Of a stretch of 64,000 nt of DNA, positions 11,652 through 22,984 are shown one piece after another. Each line of letters begins with the position of its first letter. Positions within the stretch are counted from its first letter, which is position 1. Location of the stretch: positions 62,001 to 126,000 of the forward strand of contig QPGO01000116.1 of the NCBI GenBank assembly GCA_008632985.1, given 5' to 3'. The translations under genes were made by a program, and so were the position numbers. The notes under the pieces are model-generated. The model saw only the letters and a program-made list of their open reading frames with translations. It had not been told where the DNA came from and did not search any database. This DNA comes from Psammoneis japonica. Lineage: Eukaryota.

Positions 11652-12139
11652 CGTTTCGTGACGCTCGGCTTTGAAGTAGAGATGACTGATAGATCTTCTC
11701 AGCTCTAGTGAATACCAGTATTTTTTCTTGATAAATTGGAGCAGACGAAACACAGCCGTCAAATAGTAATCCCTTATCGTTGGATGTTTTTTGTTGGTGG
11801 TTGCGTACGTACCGGTACCGGCATTGCGGCGGTGGGAGGCAGTTGGCGACGGAAGGACGAATTTGACTGACTTCAAGCGAGCAACAAGCAAGCGGTGAGC
11901 AATGCTGTGCACGCAACGGTTCGCCAAGCACAATGTTTCGGTTTGTATTCTCATGCGTGTTTCTGAAGTTTCATGATTATTTTTGGGCAATGCACATCAA
12001 CCTACATTGGATGTGGTGCGACAACAGCACTGTCGCATCTTCTTTGCAAAACTGTGAGGCCCTCTGGGGTTGGTCGCTTTGATGACTGACCTTCATTTCT
12101 TCCTGCAGAAGCTGCACAAGGCTTGGCATGCCGAAGCAG

Positions 12140-14070
12140 CCCCATCCAAGCGAGCCTCAAAAACACCATCACATTGCAATGCTCTCACAAAATGCAAATT
12201 GAAGGACCCATCAAGCAGTTGATGCTGCATGACTGCCACATGTTGTCAAAGAACTCTGATGATGTCTGACAGCAGCACACACAATGTCTTTTGCTCGCTG
12301 CAGCGGGGCAACCAACTGAAAAGATCCAGTCTGTCACAACCAACTCACTGAATCACAGGGTTCAATGCAATTTACACTGTTGTGGGGAGAAGTCAAGTGG
12401 AAGAACTCTGCTGTTGAACAGAGGTGCCTTCTCACTGTGTCATGGTTCACAGCGTGGTGGTGGCCGCAGGGCAACCAGTCAAAAAGAAGACAGGATTTGA
12501 GCAAGATTTTAGTTTGTTGCACACAACTGTGTGTGCTCTCAGTTCCATGCATGATGCATGATGCAGTTTGCTTTTGAGCCACTCAGCTCACAAGAACAAT
12601 GATGGCAGTGCTGACATCATGACACACATCTTTCAGCTCCTGCAATGGCATCTGCATGGATGCTGCTCACATGTCTGCTGTTTGGACAGCAGCAAGGAGG
12701 AGATTTGTTGTTTTCTTCCACCCATTTTCTCTTCAATTTCTGTCAGATCAGCTGTGTTGCTTGGTCACATCAACATCGCTGCAGCTGTCATGTCTCCATC
12801 TAGCTTCTGTGCAGCACCCCATCAAGGCCACCTGGACTGCACTCTGCAGATGCTTGTCCAAGATGTGACATGGTGCCCTGCATGTGTGCACTGAGGAACC
12901 TGACTGTTTGGACCTCCCAAAGCCTGTGTGCAACTGGGCTCAAACTGTGGCTGCATGGTGACATGGAGGAATTGCTTCCCGCCCAAAGACATGCTTTGGC
13001 CTCTTGTTGGCAAGTTTGTCACCATGACCCATTGTGTTGATGTGAACTTGTTTCATTGCATGCTCACTGGACATTTCATCATGGGCATCATTCATTTCCT
13101 CAACAAGTTTCTGGCTGATTGGTTGACAAGAAACAAGCCACAGTCAAGACTGCAACTTGTGGGTCTGAGTTTGTTGCTGCTGGGAGATGTGTGTTGAACA
13201 GATCATCTGTCTGTGCATCACATTGCTCCACCTTGGCATCCCGATTTGTGACACATGATGTTGCATGTCTTGGGGGGACAACCACAAGTTGTTTGTGGAC
13301 AGCGCCACTGTCCCGCACTCCAAGTTGCACAAACAACACACCGCCCTCTTGTTCCATCATGCATGTGAGGCAATTGCCTCTGATGGTTTTCTCAAGTTTC
13401 GCTTTTGTTGAAGGTTCCAGCAACCCTGCTGACATCCTCAGCAAGCGCTGGGATTGCTCCCAGGTTTAGAACCTCCTCCATCCTCTCATGCTTTGGAAAC
13501 CATCTGGCCCTCTGCAGTCCCATCCAAGTGGACTGAGCCTCAAAAACACCATCGCACTCACAACTCTCACAAATTGCAAATTGACCAATCCATCAACAAT
13601 TGATGCTGCAGGACAGCCATGTTGTTAAAGAACTCCACTGTCTGATGGAGCCAAGGCATGCACTGTGTGTCTTGATTGGCTGTGGAGGGGGGCATCCAAC
13701 TGAAAAGATCCAGCTGGTCACAACCAACTCACCAAGTCATGGTGTTCAATGTGATCTTGTGTTGTTGTGGAGGAGAAATCAGATGGAGAACTCTGCTGTC
13801 TGACCAGAGGTGCATGCACTGTGTTGTGGCTCACTGTGGCAGGGGAAAACCAACTGAAGAGACCCAGTTGGCCATGACCAACTCACCAAGACACAGAGTT
13901 CAATGTGATTTTGTGTTGTTGTGGAGGAGAAAACAAGTCAAGGGGAAGAATTCGGCTGTGTGTGCATTCAGAGGGCGGCATGCACTGTGTCTTGATTTTG
14001 CTGTGGTGGGGCAATGAACTAAAATGACACAGTTGGTCATGTGACCAAAACTCACCAAATCACAAAATTC
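12140..14070 (+). repeat. Dispersed direct repeat (~12140-12480 vs ~13515-13850) plus ~150-bp degenerate tandem subunits (13655-14070)
   Basis: Shared strings gagcctcaaaaacaccatc, ccaactgaaaagatccag, tcacaaccaactcac. Confidence 0.8.
12750..13500 (+). mobile_element. Degenerate Ty1/copia (CoDi-like) RT C-terminus and RNase H relic
   Basis: AVMSPSSFCAAPHQGHLD; CLSKM*HGALHVCTEEPDCLDLP; KKQATVKTATCGSEFVAA; SNPADILSKRWDCSQV match recalled copia RT/RNase H motifs; stops and frameshifts present. Confidence 0.9.
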
Positions 14071-17000
14071 AGAAATTTCTCCAGATGCAAAGAAAAAAGC
14101 AAGGAAAACACCACAGAAATCCTTGTCAGCATCAAAAGGCCATCTTTTTCTTTTCAGACTAGAAATGAATTTGCATGTGCCAGAGCCTTTGCTTTTTTCA
14201 ATTTGTGTTTTGTTCTTGTTGTTTGAAATTGAGATGTGTCTTTGGGAGCCCTTCATCCATTGGGCTCTCCGGCTGTCATTGAAGGAGATGGGAGCAACGC
14301 TGAGACCCCATCCTGCAGTGCTTTGCTGGCTGTTGAATTCTGCAAAAGCACAACTTCTTGCTGCTCCAAACAAGAAAGAAAGGTGACAGTTGGAGAAAGA
14401 AATTGAGTGTTTGAAGAAAGAGAATGTGCAGGGATGTGTGCTGCTCACACAACTCATGCCTTTGGCACACTGGCAGAGTGAGAACAAGGTTTTCAAGGCA
14501 TGTTTCACCATGTGCTGGTGAAACAATGGCTCCACTGCTTTCTCCATTGTTGAGTTGTTCCTCAGCCATGGTTGCATCTAGACCATCAACCACAGTGTTG
14601 ACCTCACTTGCTTGGGGTGCCCAGCACAGTTGTTGTCACAACAAATCAATTGGTGCTGGACTGACAAAACTTTGCTGTCATCATCTCTCTCTCTGTGTGT
14701 CTCTGGCCATGCACTGCAGCAAGCATGCCTCATGTCAAACGCACCCAACAAATGATGGCAGAGACAAGAGAGACAGCAAAGAGGCTGCAGCTTTGACTGG
14801 TGGTGACAAACCCTTCAAGTTTCAAGCATGTGGTGACTCTGAGACCCTGTTGGCATTCAATGTCAGCTGGGCCATTCAATCCAGTTGCTGTGCTTGGCTC
14901 TTTTGACTGTGATCAGGGTGTGACATTGTTGTTCCTTTGTAAGACCTGTTCTCCAGTTTCATCATGTTCTTTTTGATGCAGTTAGAAAGCAATCGCGTCA
15001 CAAGTCATTGTCAAAAATTGACTGGTGCATTTGCAAATGTGCTGTTCCAGAGCAATCTTTTGTGTGGTGCAGCCACCCATCACAATGCAGAATCTCTTGG
15101 CAATTGAACAGATCCTCCTCTGGGTGGCTCATCAGGCTTGCACCAGAAAACAAAAACACATCTGTGCACAGAGGCCCAGGCCATGAGAGCTGGTGCTCTT
15201 CAAAATTGCAAATGTCATCATCTGGACATTTTTCCGTGTTGTTGAGACAAGCCAAAACTTGGCCCAGACAGTTGTTTTGCATTTGTTCTCAACATTGTTT
15301 CCAGTTTGACAGCCCTGTTCATTCTTGTCAAACATTTCTTTGACAAGAGCACGAGTGATGTCATCCCACAAGCCAAGCAAATGTGTGCCAAAGAACACAC
15401 ACAGTTGCCATTTCAAAAATTATTTTCTTCCTCATCCTCATCCTCATCCTCCTCATCCTCATCATGGTCTTCTGAACAATCCATGTGGATGAGTGACAGA
15501 TGGAGGAGATGCACAATGGCACAGTTTAACAGCACCATCCTTGGAACATTTGGTGAGAGACAGGACATCACCTTGGACATGGGTGCAATCCATGAACAAG
15601 GACAATCCAATCATGAGCAGGTTGTCCAGGTGTCTTGAAACAGTCAGCCTTGAGATGCTCCCCCAGTCATCTGCAGCATGTTTCCATGCTTGACAAGAGT
15701 GCAACTTGTCAATGATTGAAATTTTCACATGTGTGTTGATTGCATCCACAGATCTTCAACACACACAATTGTTGATTTTGTTTCTTGGCAGTCATTGAGT
15801 CACAAACAAATGAATCTTTTTTGCTTGCTTTGAGCCACCTGTGTGGCTCATTCTGTCCACATTTTAAAAACTTGTTAAGAACAGTTTCATTTGTTTTTTT
15901 CTTCCATTTGTCAGATCTCTGCCTTTGTTTGAGTTGCCTCTGTGTGGCTCACACGAGTGTTTTCTCTGTGCACCACAGTTTGCCACAGCTCAATCTGTTG
16001 TGGCAAAGGGAAGTGAGCTTGGTGGTGACACATTTCTGAAAGGCATTCAAGCAAGTTTTGCACAACATGCCAGTTGACAAGACTCTTGAGACACAGCACT
16101 TCATGACATTGCTCTTTGACAAAGCCATTCTCATCATTGCAGCAATGATTTCCAGTGCTTGGAGCCCGGCAGAGAGAACTGCCTGCGCACTCACCAAGTC
16201 CTGGATCAAACCCACCTTTCATGGTTAAATGGTGCTAGCTGTGCTTGTTGACTCTTGCTGTTGCTCACATTCAATGTCCTTCCATGCAGCAAATGCTTCC
16301 TGGACTGTTGTGTGGTGTTCAATCCAGTGCATTGTTGACAAAATGCACATCATTCCGTGCATGCAAAACAATGAAAATGGGTGTCATCCGACAGAAGGGT
16401 TCCAACCAACTGTCATCATCCAATTGTTGCTGGCAGCATTTTCCACAGTTTGATCCAAATTTTAGAAGCATTGTTGGCTGCTTGAAAATGCCTCTTTGCA
16501 GACAACATGAACAATTTGAGCCGTGCTCCAAATCAATTTTTGGTTGTTTGGAGCTGGCATGTTCACAGGAGATGAGATGTCCAACTGCTTGTGGCTCCTC
16601 AGGACCTCACACAAATTTTTGACACCTGAGAACTGCCCAGGACAGTCTCCTTTTTAAGTCACAGAGGGCGGCGTTTGAGCCATCAATTGAAACTTTTGGA
16701 TGAACAAACACAGACATTGAGTCAATTTGATTGTTGCAGATGATCATGACAAGCAAGGATTGCTGCACTTGCTTTTGTTTTTGACACGGAAAACAGAACC
16801 AAAGAAGAGTGCGTGCCTTTCTCTGTCATCTCTTTTGAATGCACTGTCCAAGGAAGTCATGGGTGTCTGCAGAATGCATGATTCCACTTTGGACCTTCAA
16901 AACATGTGCTGTGGTGTCTGATGCAGAAGAAACAAAGAAATTGAGTGAAAAGTTCAGACAATGAATGAAGGCATTGAATGAAGATGCTCTCTTTGTTGGA

Positions 17001-18199
17001 ACACACACCTTTTGATCACAATGATGTTTCAACACACTCTCCAGGTGTTTGATCCCGTGGTCAACTTGAGTTGTGTTGCGTGTCTGCATTTTGGAATTTG
17101 GAAAGAAAAACAATTGATTTTGTGGGTCACACGAGCATTTGTCACAAATCACAGCAATGGCCGTGCAGACCTGGCCCAAAAACATCTTGCCAAGTCACCT
17201 GTGAGACTCATTTTGTTCTGATTTTGAAGTCTTGTTAAGAACAGCTTCATTTGTTTCCTTTTCCTTCCATTTTGTCCACTCTCTGCCTTTGCTTTGCTCT
17301 GTCTCTGCTGCACCTGTCTTTTTTTCCTGCTGGACACTGCACAACTCATCCTCTGATCTAACACCCACCAACAACAATGGTGCACCTGTGTCACAACCCA
17401 CTTTGTTGTCCTGGTTGGATGTGTGACAATGACAACAACAAGCATGCTCTCCAAAGATGACATTTTCAAACGCATCTCCAGCGTTCTTCTTTCTCCATTT
17501 TGGCCTGAACCCTGATGATGACTTTGCGAAGCACACCCCCAGTGCTGCAGGAAGAGAAGCACTGGGAACACAGGAAGAGCAGCTTGGATTTAAACTTGCC
17601 AAGGCATGGTCTTTGCATCTCATGAAGCAAGCAATGGTGCCACTGCTTGGAAAGCCACCACCAGATGACAGAGACTGGGAAGATTGTCTCATCTTCTTCC
17701 CTGTCACCATTGCCACAAATGAAGACAATGGCCAGAGTTCATCATCCACACATCCTCAGTTCCAAGGGGTTCATTCTGGTGTTGAGTTTGATGACATGTC
17801 TTGGTGTCTCTAATTGGAGCAACATGCTTGCCGGGTGGATGGTGCATGATGCACAGGCCAGTGCCTCTTGAGAAGCTAAAATGGAGCATGTGGTGATGAG
17901 CTTGTCCCCATGTCACAGCAAACATTTGCCAAATGCCAAGCCAGATCATCACCATCACCCCAAATGCACACATTGGTTTGAGTTGCTGCGTGCATGATGT
18001 GCGCCCCAAATGCACTCACTCTGCACATTTGTTGAGTGCTGGGTTGGCCCAACTTTGGTGTCTTTGCACTTTTGATTTGGGAAGCTGCAAGCCTTGTCTT
18101 GGGCAGCAGCAGCCCTGTTGCGTGATTCCTTCACAAACAAGAAGATGCCCAGCTGCACAAAAGGTGTGGAAGCATGGGACCCACAGATCATGTGGCAAA

Positions 18200-19472
18200 G
18201 GAGGTGTGCAGTTGTCTTGGGATGGCATTGGAGGACTCCAGCAGTGGGTTGCCAGGGACATGCCGACAACCATGGTTGGAGAGCAAATGCCTTGTCTTGT
18301 GTCAATGCAGCACCTTGTCTCTCTGACATGACTGGCTTTGGCCCAGCCAGCCAACCTGCAGAGACAAGAAGGTGTGTGCTCGGTTGTCTTGGATGGCATT
18401 GGATGGCTCCATTGGTTCCCATGAGATGCAATGACAACAATGGTTGGGAAGCAAAGGCCTTGTCTTGTGTCAACACAGCACCCCCTGTCTCTTTGACATG
18501 TGGTCTTGGTTCTTTGGCTCAGCCACCCAACCTGCAAGGACAAGAAAACCATCTCCTGCGTGACAGTGCAAGTGATCCATTGTCTTGGGATGGTGTTGGA
18601 TGACTCCATTTGGTCCCAGAGGATGCAGCGACAACAATGGTTGGGAAGCAAAGGCCTTGTCTTGTGTCAATGCAGCCCTTTGTCTCTCTGACATGACTGG
18701 GTTTGGTGACCCAGCCACCCCACCCACAGAGACAAGAAAACCATCAGCACAACAGCGCAAGTGCACCACAGTTGTCTTGGGATTGTCTGTTCAACAGTGC
18801 AAGAGCTCAGTTGTCTTGGGATGGCTTTTGGTGACTCCATTGGATCCCAGAGGACACAACAACAACAATGGGTGGGAAGCACAGGCCTTGTCTTGTGTCA
18901 ACGCAGCACCTTGTCTCTCTGACATGACTGGGTTTGGCCCAGCCAAGAACCAGCCAATTTGCAAGAAAGACAAGGGAACCATCTGTGTGACAGCACAAGC
19001 ACTCAGTTGTCTTGGGATGGGCACAAGAAACTTCACTGGGTCCCTGAGGAGGCAAGAACAACAATGGCTGGGAAGGAAAAGACTGGTCTTGGGCCAACGC
19101 AGCCCCTTTTCTGTCTGATGTGATTGGCTTGCTTTGGTCCAGCCTCTTCACCTCTGCAGAGACAAGGGAGCTTTCTGCACCATGTGACAGTGCAAGTGCC
19201 CAGTTGTCTTTGGATGGCCTCGGGTGCCTCCATTGTGCCCCATGGGAGCCAACAACAACCAGGGCAGGGAGTCAGTGAATGGAAATTCATGGTGTTCCCT
19301 GTCTCTTGTTTGGGAGGAAAACCAAGAGAGAGAACAGAAGAGCACAACCCACCTTCAAGTTGCACACTTTTTTCACAAGGCTGGTCTCCAACGTTGTCAT
19401 TTCACTGGCATGAAGGGTCTGTTTCTGAGCTTTCTAGAGAGAGGTGATTGTGTTGTTGGCAGTGGCAATTTT
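18200..19472 (+). repeat. Degenerate tandem array of ~170-230-bp units plus a conserved right-hand segment
   Basis: Core caatggttgggaagcaaaggccttgtcttgtgtcaa recurs at ~18270, 18437, 18633, 18865, 19060. Confidence 0.85.
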
Positions 19473-20046
19473 TGCATTGCAGGCTTGCTTTGCACTTTTG
19501 CTGCAGCTGCTTGCACATCTTTTTGTTTTGGTTTTTGCAAAGGCCACGCATCTGCCAGCAAAACAACAGCCACATTCTGCATTCATTGACAGACATTTCT
19601 TTTGGGTTGATGCCACAGGTGGTGTGGTGCTTGGAGGTTCCAAGCAGCAAGGGAGTCTTGCAGGAAGGGACTTCATCATGCTCCTTGAGAAAGTTGAGAT
19701 CTTCTTGTTGAACTGCAGGGGAACAGCTGTCAGACACATTGTTGAAAGTGCATCAGCTTCTTCATTGGTGGATGCTGCAGCAGCGGCTGCAGATTCTGGG
19801 TCACCGGCCAGTGGAGCAGCTTTGGACAAAGAGCCTTGATGTTGCCAAGGGCTTGTCCTGGAGCCTTGCTTGCCTGGGCTGCCTGGGAGAACCTCAACCT
19901 TGCACTTGAGCACCACAAGCACCACCTCCACCATGGCCAGCACCACCTCCACCATGGTCACTGGTGCTGGCACTGGTGTGACTGGCATTGTTTTGGCCAG
20001 CACCTTGTGGGTTGTGCTTCTTCCTGTTTCTTGGTGGCACGGTCAA

Positions 20047-20563
20047 TGAACACACCAAATGGCAAAAAGGTGTTGATTGAACAACAATGGCTGGGAAGCA
20101 AAGGCCTTGTCTTGTGTCAATTCAGCACCTTGTCTCTCTGACATCATGACTGGATTTGGCCCAGCCAAGAACCAGTTTGCAAGAAAGACAAGGGAGCCAT
20201 CTGATGAGGCAAGGGAGCTTTCTGCACTGTGTGACAGCACAAGTGCCCAGTTGTTTTTGGATGACCTTGGGTGCCTCCATTCTTGTGTCTCAGGGGAGCC
20301 AACAACAGCCAGGACAGAGAGCAGGGAATCATTGAATGGAAATTTGTGGTGTTCCCTGTCTCTTGTTTGGATGGAAAACCAAGAGAGAACAGAAGAGCCA
20401 CAGACCCACCTTCAAGTTGCCCACTTTCTCCATGAGGTTGGTCTCCAAACTTGTCATTTTGCTGGCATGGAGGGTCTGTTTCTGAGCTTTCTTGAGAGAG
20501 GCGATTGTCTTGTTGGCAGTGGTAATTTTTGAACACACCAAATGGCAAAAAGGTGTTGATTGA
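20047..20563 (+). mobile_element. 449-bp copy of the 18.9-19.5 kb repeat flanked by a perfect 34-bp direct repeat
   Basis: tgaacacaccaaatggcaaaaaggtgttgattga at 20047-20080 and 20530-20563; insert ends ttgttggcagtggtaatttt, like 19453-19471. Confidence 0.7.
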
Positions 20564-21629
20564 GGTCCCAGAGCTGGGAGTGTGCAGCAAGAGTGTGAAA
20601 AAAAAAACTTGTCAAATGCATGTGTGACATGATGACTGAATGCATGATTCATTGAGGTTGTTTCAAATCATTCAAACCATCGTGTTGCAACAAAATCATT
20701 GATTTCTCAAACTAAATTGTTGCTGAAAAAGAGATGCTGACGGGAATCAACTGACTGTCAGGCTCACATTTTGGCCAAAACCATGAATTGTCACTCCCTC
20801 ACAAGACACAAAAAATGCAAACTCAAGTTGCATCTGACGTCTGACAATGAGAGCAGTGGGGGGACAGGCAATGGCAATGTGGACAGGACAGAATAAAGTG
20901 CAGGGCACAAGGTGAGAAAAACAGGTGGCAAATGCACGGAGATCAGGTGCACAATGCAAACAACTGAGGAGGACACTTGCACACATCTTTGCACACAGAT
21001 GTCTGGACATGTGACCTGAGCTGCAACGGAAGACAGGCAACAGGGAAGGGTGCAAAGGTGAGCAGAAGCAGCACATGAGACAAGATTGCATGAGTGAGAA
21101 ACACAAGACATGCACAAAACCTGATCATTGTTGCAAAGTTTTCTCTTGTTGCAGGTGATGCTTTGGCCTGCCAAACAGAAGGAGTGTGAGACAGATCATT
21201 GTAGAATGATGTTGTTGCCTGGTGCAGATGATTGCAGAGAGAGCACGAGTGGTTGCAAGGGAGGATGCAAGGATCAAAACATCACACCGGTCATGCAGAA
21301 CCTGTGAAGGACAAAAGGAGCTGGTGGAATGCAGGAGGAGAAAAACAAGAACAGGAAAAAGAGAGCATTGTTTGGTGTGCAATGCAGAAATGACAAAACA
21401 GAACATTTGCAAATCAGATGACAAGCAGCACACAGCCGATGTGCAAAATCAGGTTGACAAGACAGTTGAACATTGTCATTGTCAAAAATGAACAATGTCA
21501 GAAAGTTGTTGTGAACACATGGTTGTCAAGACAGAAAAATGTGCAAGTGACAAGTTTTGTTGTGGGCAGATGCAAAAATGATGTTAAAACAATGTGCAGA
21601 TGTGAAAAATTGACAAGAATGTGTGCACA

Positions 21630-22405
21630 ATGAGACTCATTTGCATTGGCTGTTAAATCCCACTTGGAAAGTTGAGACAACAATTGGAGCCACAACATTT
21701 TCCAGATGTTGAATTGTCCAGCAGCACTTGTCCAAAAGCAAAAAACATGAGATTGGGTTTCAAGATGCCATGGCAGAGCCCACCCCCATGCCACAGCTTC
21801 CCACTCCATTTCTTGTGCACAGTGCAAAAAGTCTGTCCACACATCAAAACTTGAGGAGGTGTCTGTGCCTTGAACCTTGAACTGACAAATTGTCACTTCT
21901 CTTGCAATGCAGATGTGCAAGAGGCAAGTGACGAAGATGATGTTGTGGCTGACAATCAAGAAAGCAGACGACACACTCCCTGGTCAGGAGGTCTCTGGCA
22001 TTTGTTGTTGCCTGCATTCCATGGAACAACTTTGGGTTGTTTGTGCAGGTCTGCTTGGGCATGTGTTGCAGGGCATGTGCCGGCAATGGAGGAGTTGTTG
22101 AGACTGACTCAGGTGTTTTGAAAAAACATCCATGAAAACACAAGAGCCAACCTGAGTGTTGCTGCCCCCATCTGACTCAAAATGTGCTTGGATGCTGAGC
22201 CAGCAATGTGTGCAGTTGCAGCCACCTTGGACAACTTGACAGCCAGATCACTCCTGTCAAGTGGGCACCACCAAATGCTTCACCACCACGGACATGGCGA
22301 GCTGCGAGCTCAGGCATGAACTCAAGAGGAGGCTGTGCTCCATGCTGCTGCGCACTTGCCACAGCAACAAAGAGAGAAACGAGGAGAGAACAGCGCACTT
22401 CATGG
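21630..22405 (-). pseudogene. Degenerate secreted-protein gene, possibly lipase class 3-like
   Basis: Signal-peptide-like start, then fragments in different frames: AVKLSKVAATAH, GTDTSSSFDVWTDF, VGFNSQCK; no GHSLG found. Confidence 0.3.
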
Positions 22406-22984
22406 TGGACTTGGGTCAGCGAATGTAATCAATGTTGATGACAGCGAGACTGTGACGATGTTGATGTTGAAAAATGTGAGAGGAGAAAAAATGATCATTC
22501 TGGCGGGCGTGAGCGATGATGATGATGTTGTGTTGCCCGCCTGTGTGCCCAATCCAAATGGCCGTTTGGAAATTTATTTGAATTTCATGCACATGTTACC
22601 ATGCTTAATATTTTATCTTCCTTTCTTTAAGCGAGAGTGACACGACTTAATAATATACAAAATTTAACACTCATTAAAAGTTCATTGCTCTATATTCAAC
22701 ATTCCACACTGAAAGCTCATTGGACGTTTCTTTATAAACGATATAACCAGTTACGTGCCAATCATAACCTTGAAACAGTCAAAAGCAACGAGAAAGTGAA
22801 TGCTCGCTGGTACAGTCCCACATATTTTCTACGTGACTGAAACAACTGCCGGTGCGCGCACAAAACGAAGCGCGTCTTTCGTGTTGGGCAGAACGAGGCA
22901 GGCAGGAAAAGTCGGTTTGCTTTGTGCACTTCGTGTCTCCGACAACAAAGACATCAACAACAGTCAACAACAACATCTTGGAAC

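Larger units (their letters stand above)
12000..22560. other. TpA- and CpG-depleted hypermutated domain 1
   Basis: 4 TpA in 12001-13020 and ~30 in the whole domain by eye; strong TG/CA excess; ORFs lack Tyr. Confidence 0.92.

Noticed and set aside
12140..13850. Direct repeats as LTRs of the copia relic
   Set aside because: They enclose only ~1 kb, have no recognisable TG...CA ends, PBS or PPT, and continue as tandem subunits
14200..17900. Large degenerate coding relic, possibly a transposase
   Set aside because: Looks like decayed coding DNA, but I could not recognise any diagnostic motif
12291..22440. Dense overlapping Cys/His/Gln-rich ORFs on both strands (also at 30.7-33.5 and 42-56.4 kb)
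   Set aside because: By-product of TpA loss: TAA/TAG stops and Tyr codons are removed and TGY/CAY codons are inflated; these are not real genes
12000..22560. Classical fungal RIP, or CpG decay alone, as the explanation
   Set aside because: RIP increases TpA, and CpG decay does not remove TpA or cause Tyr->Cys/His
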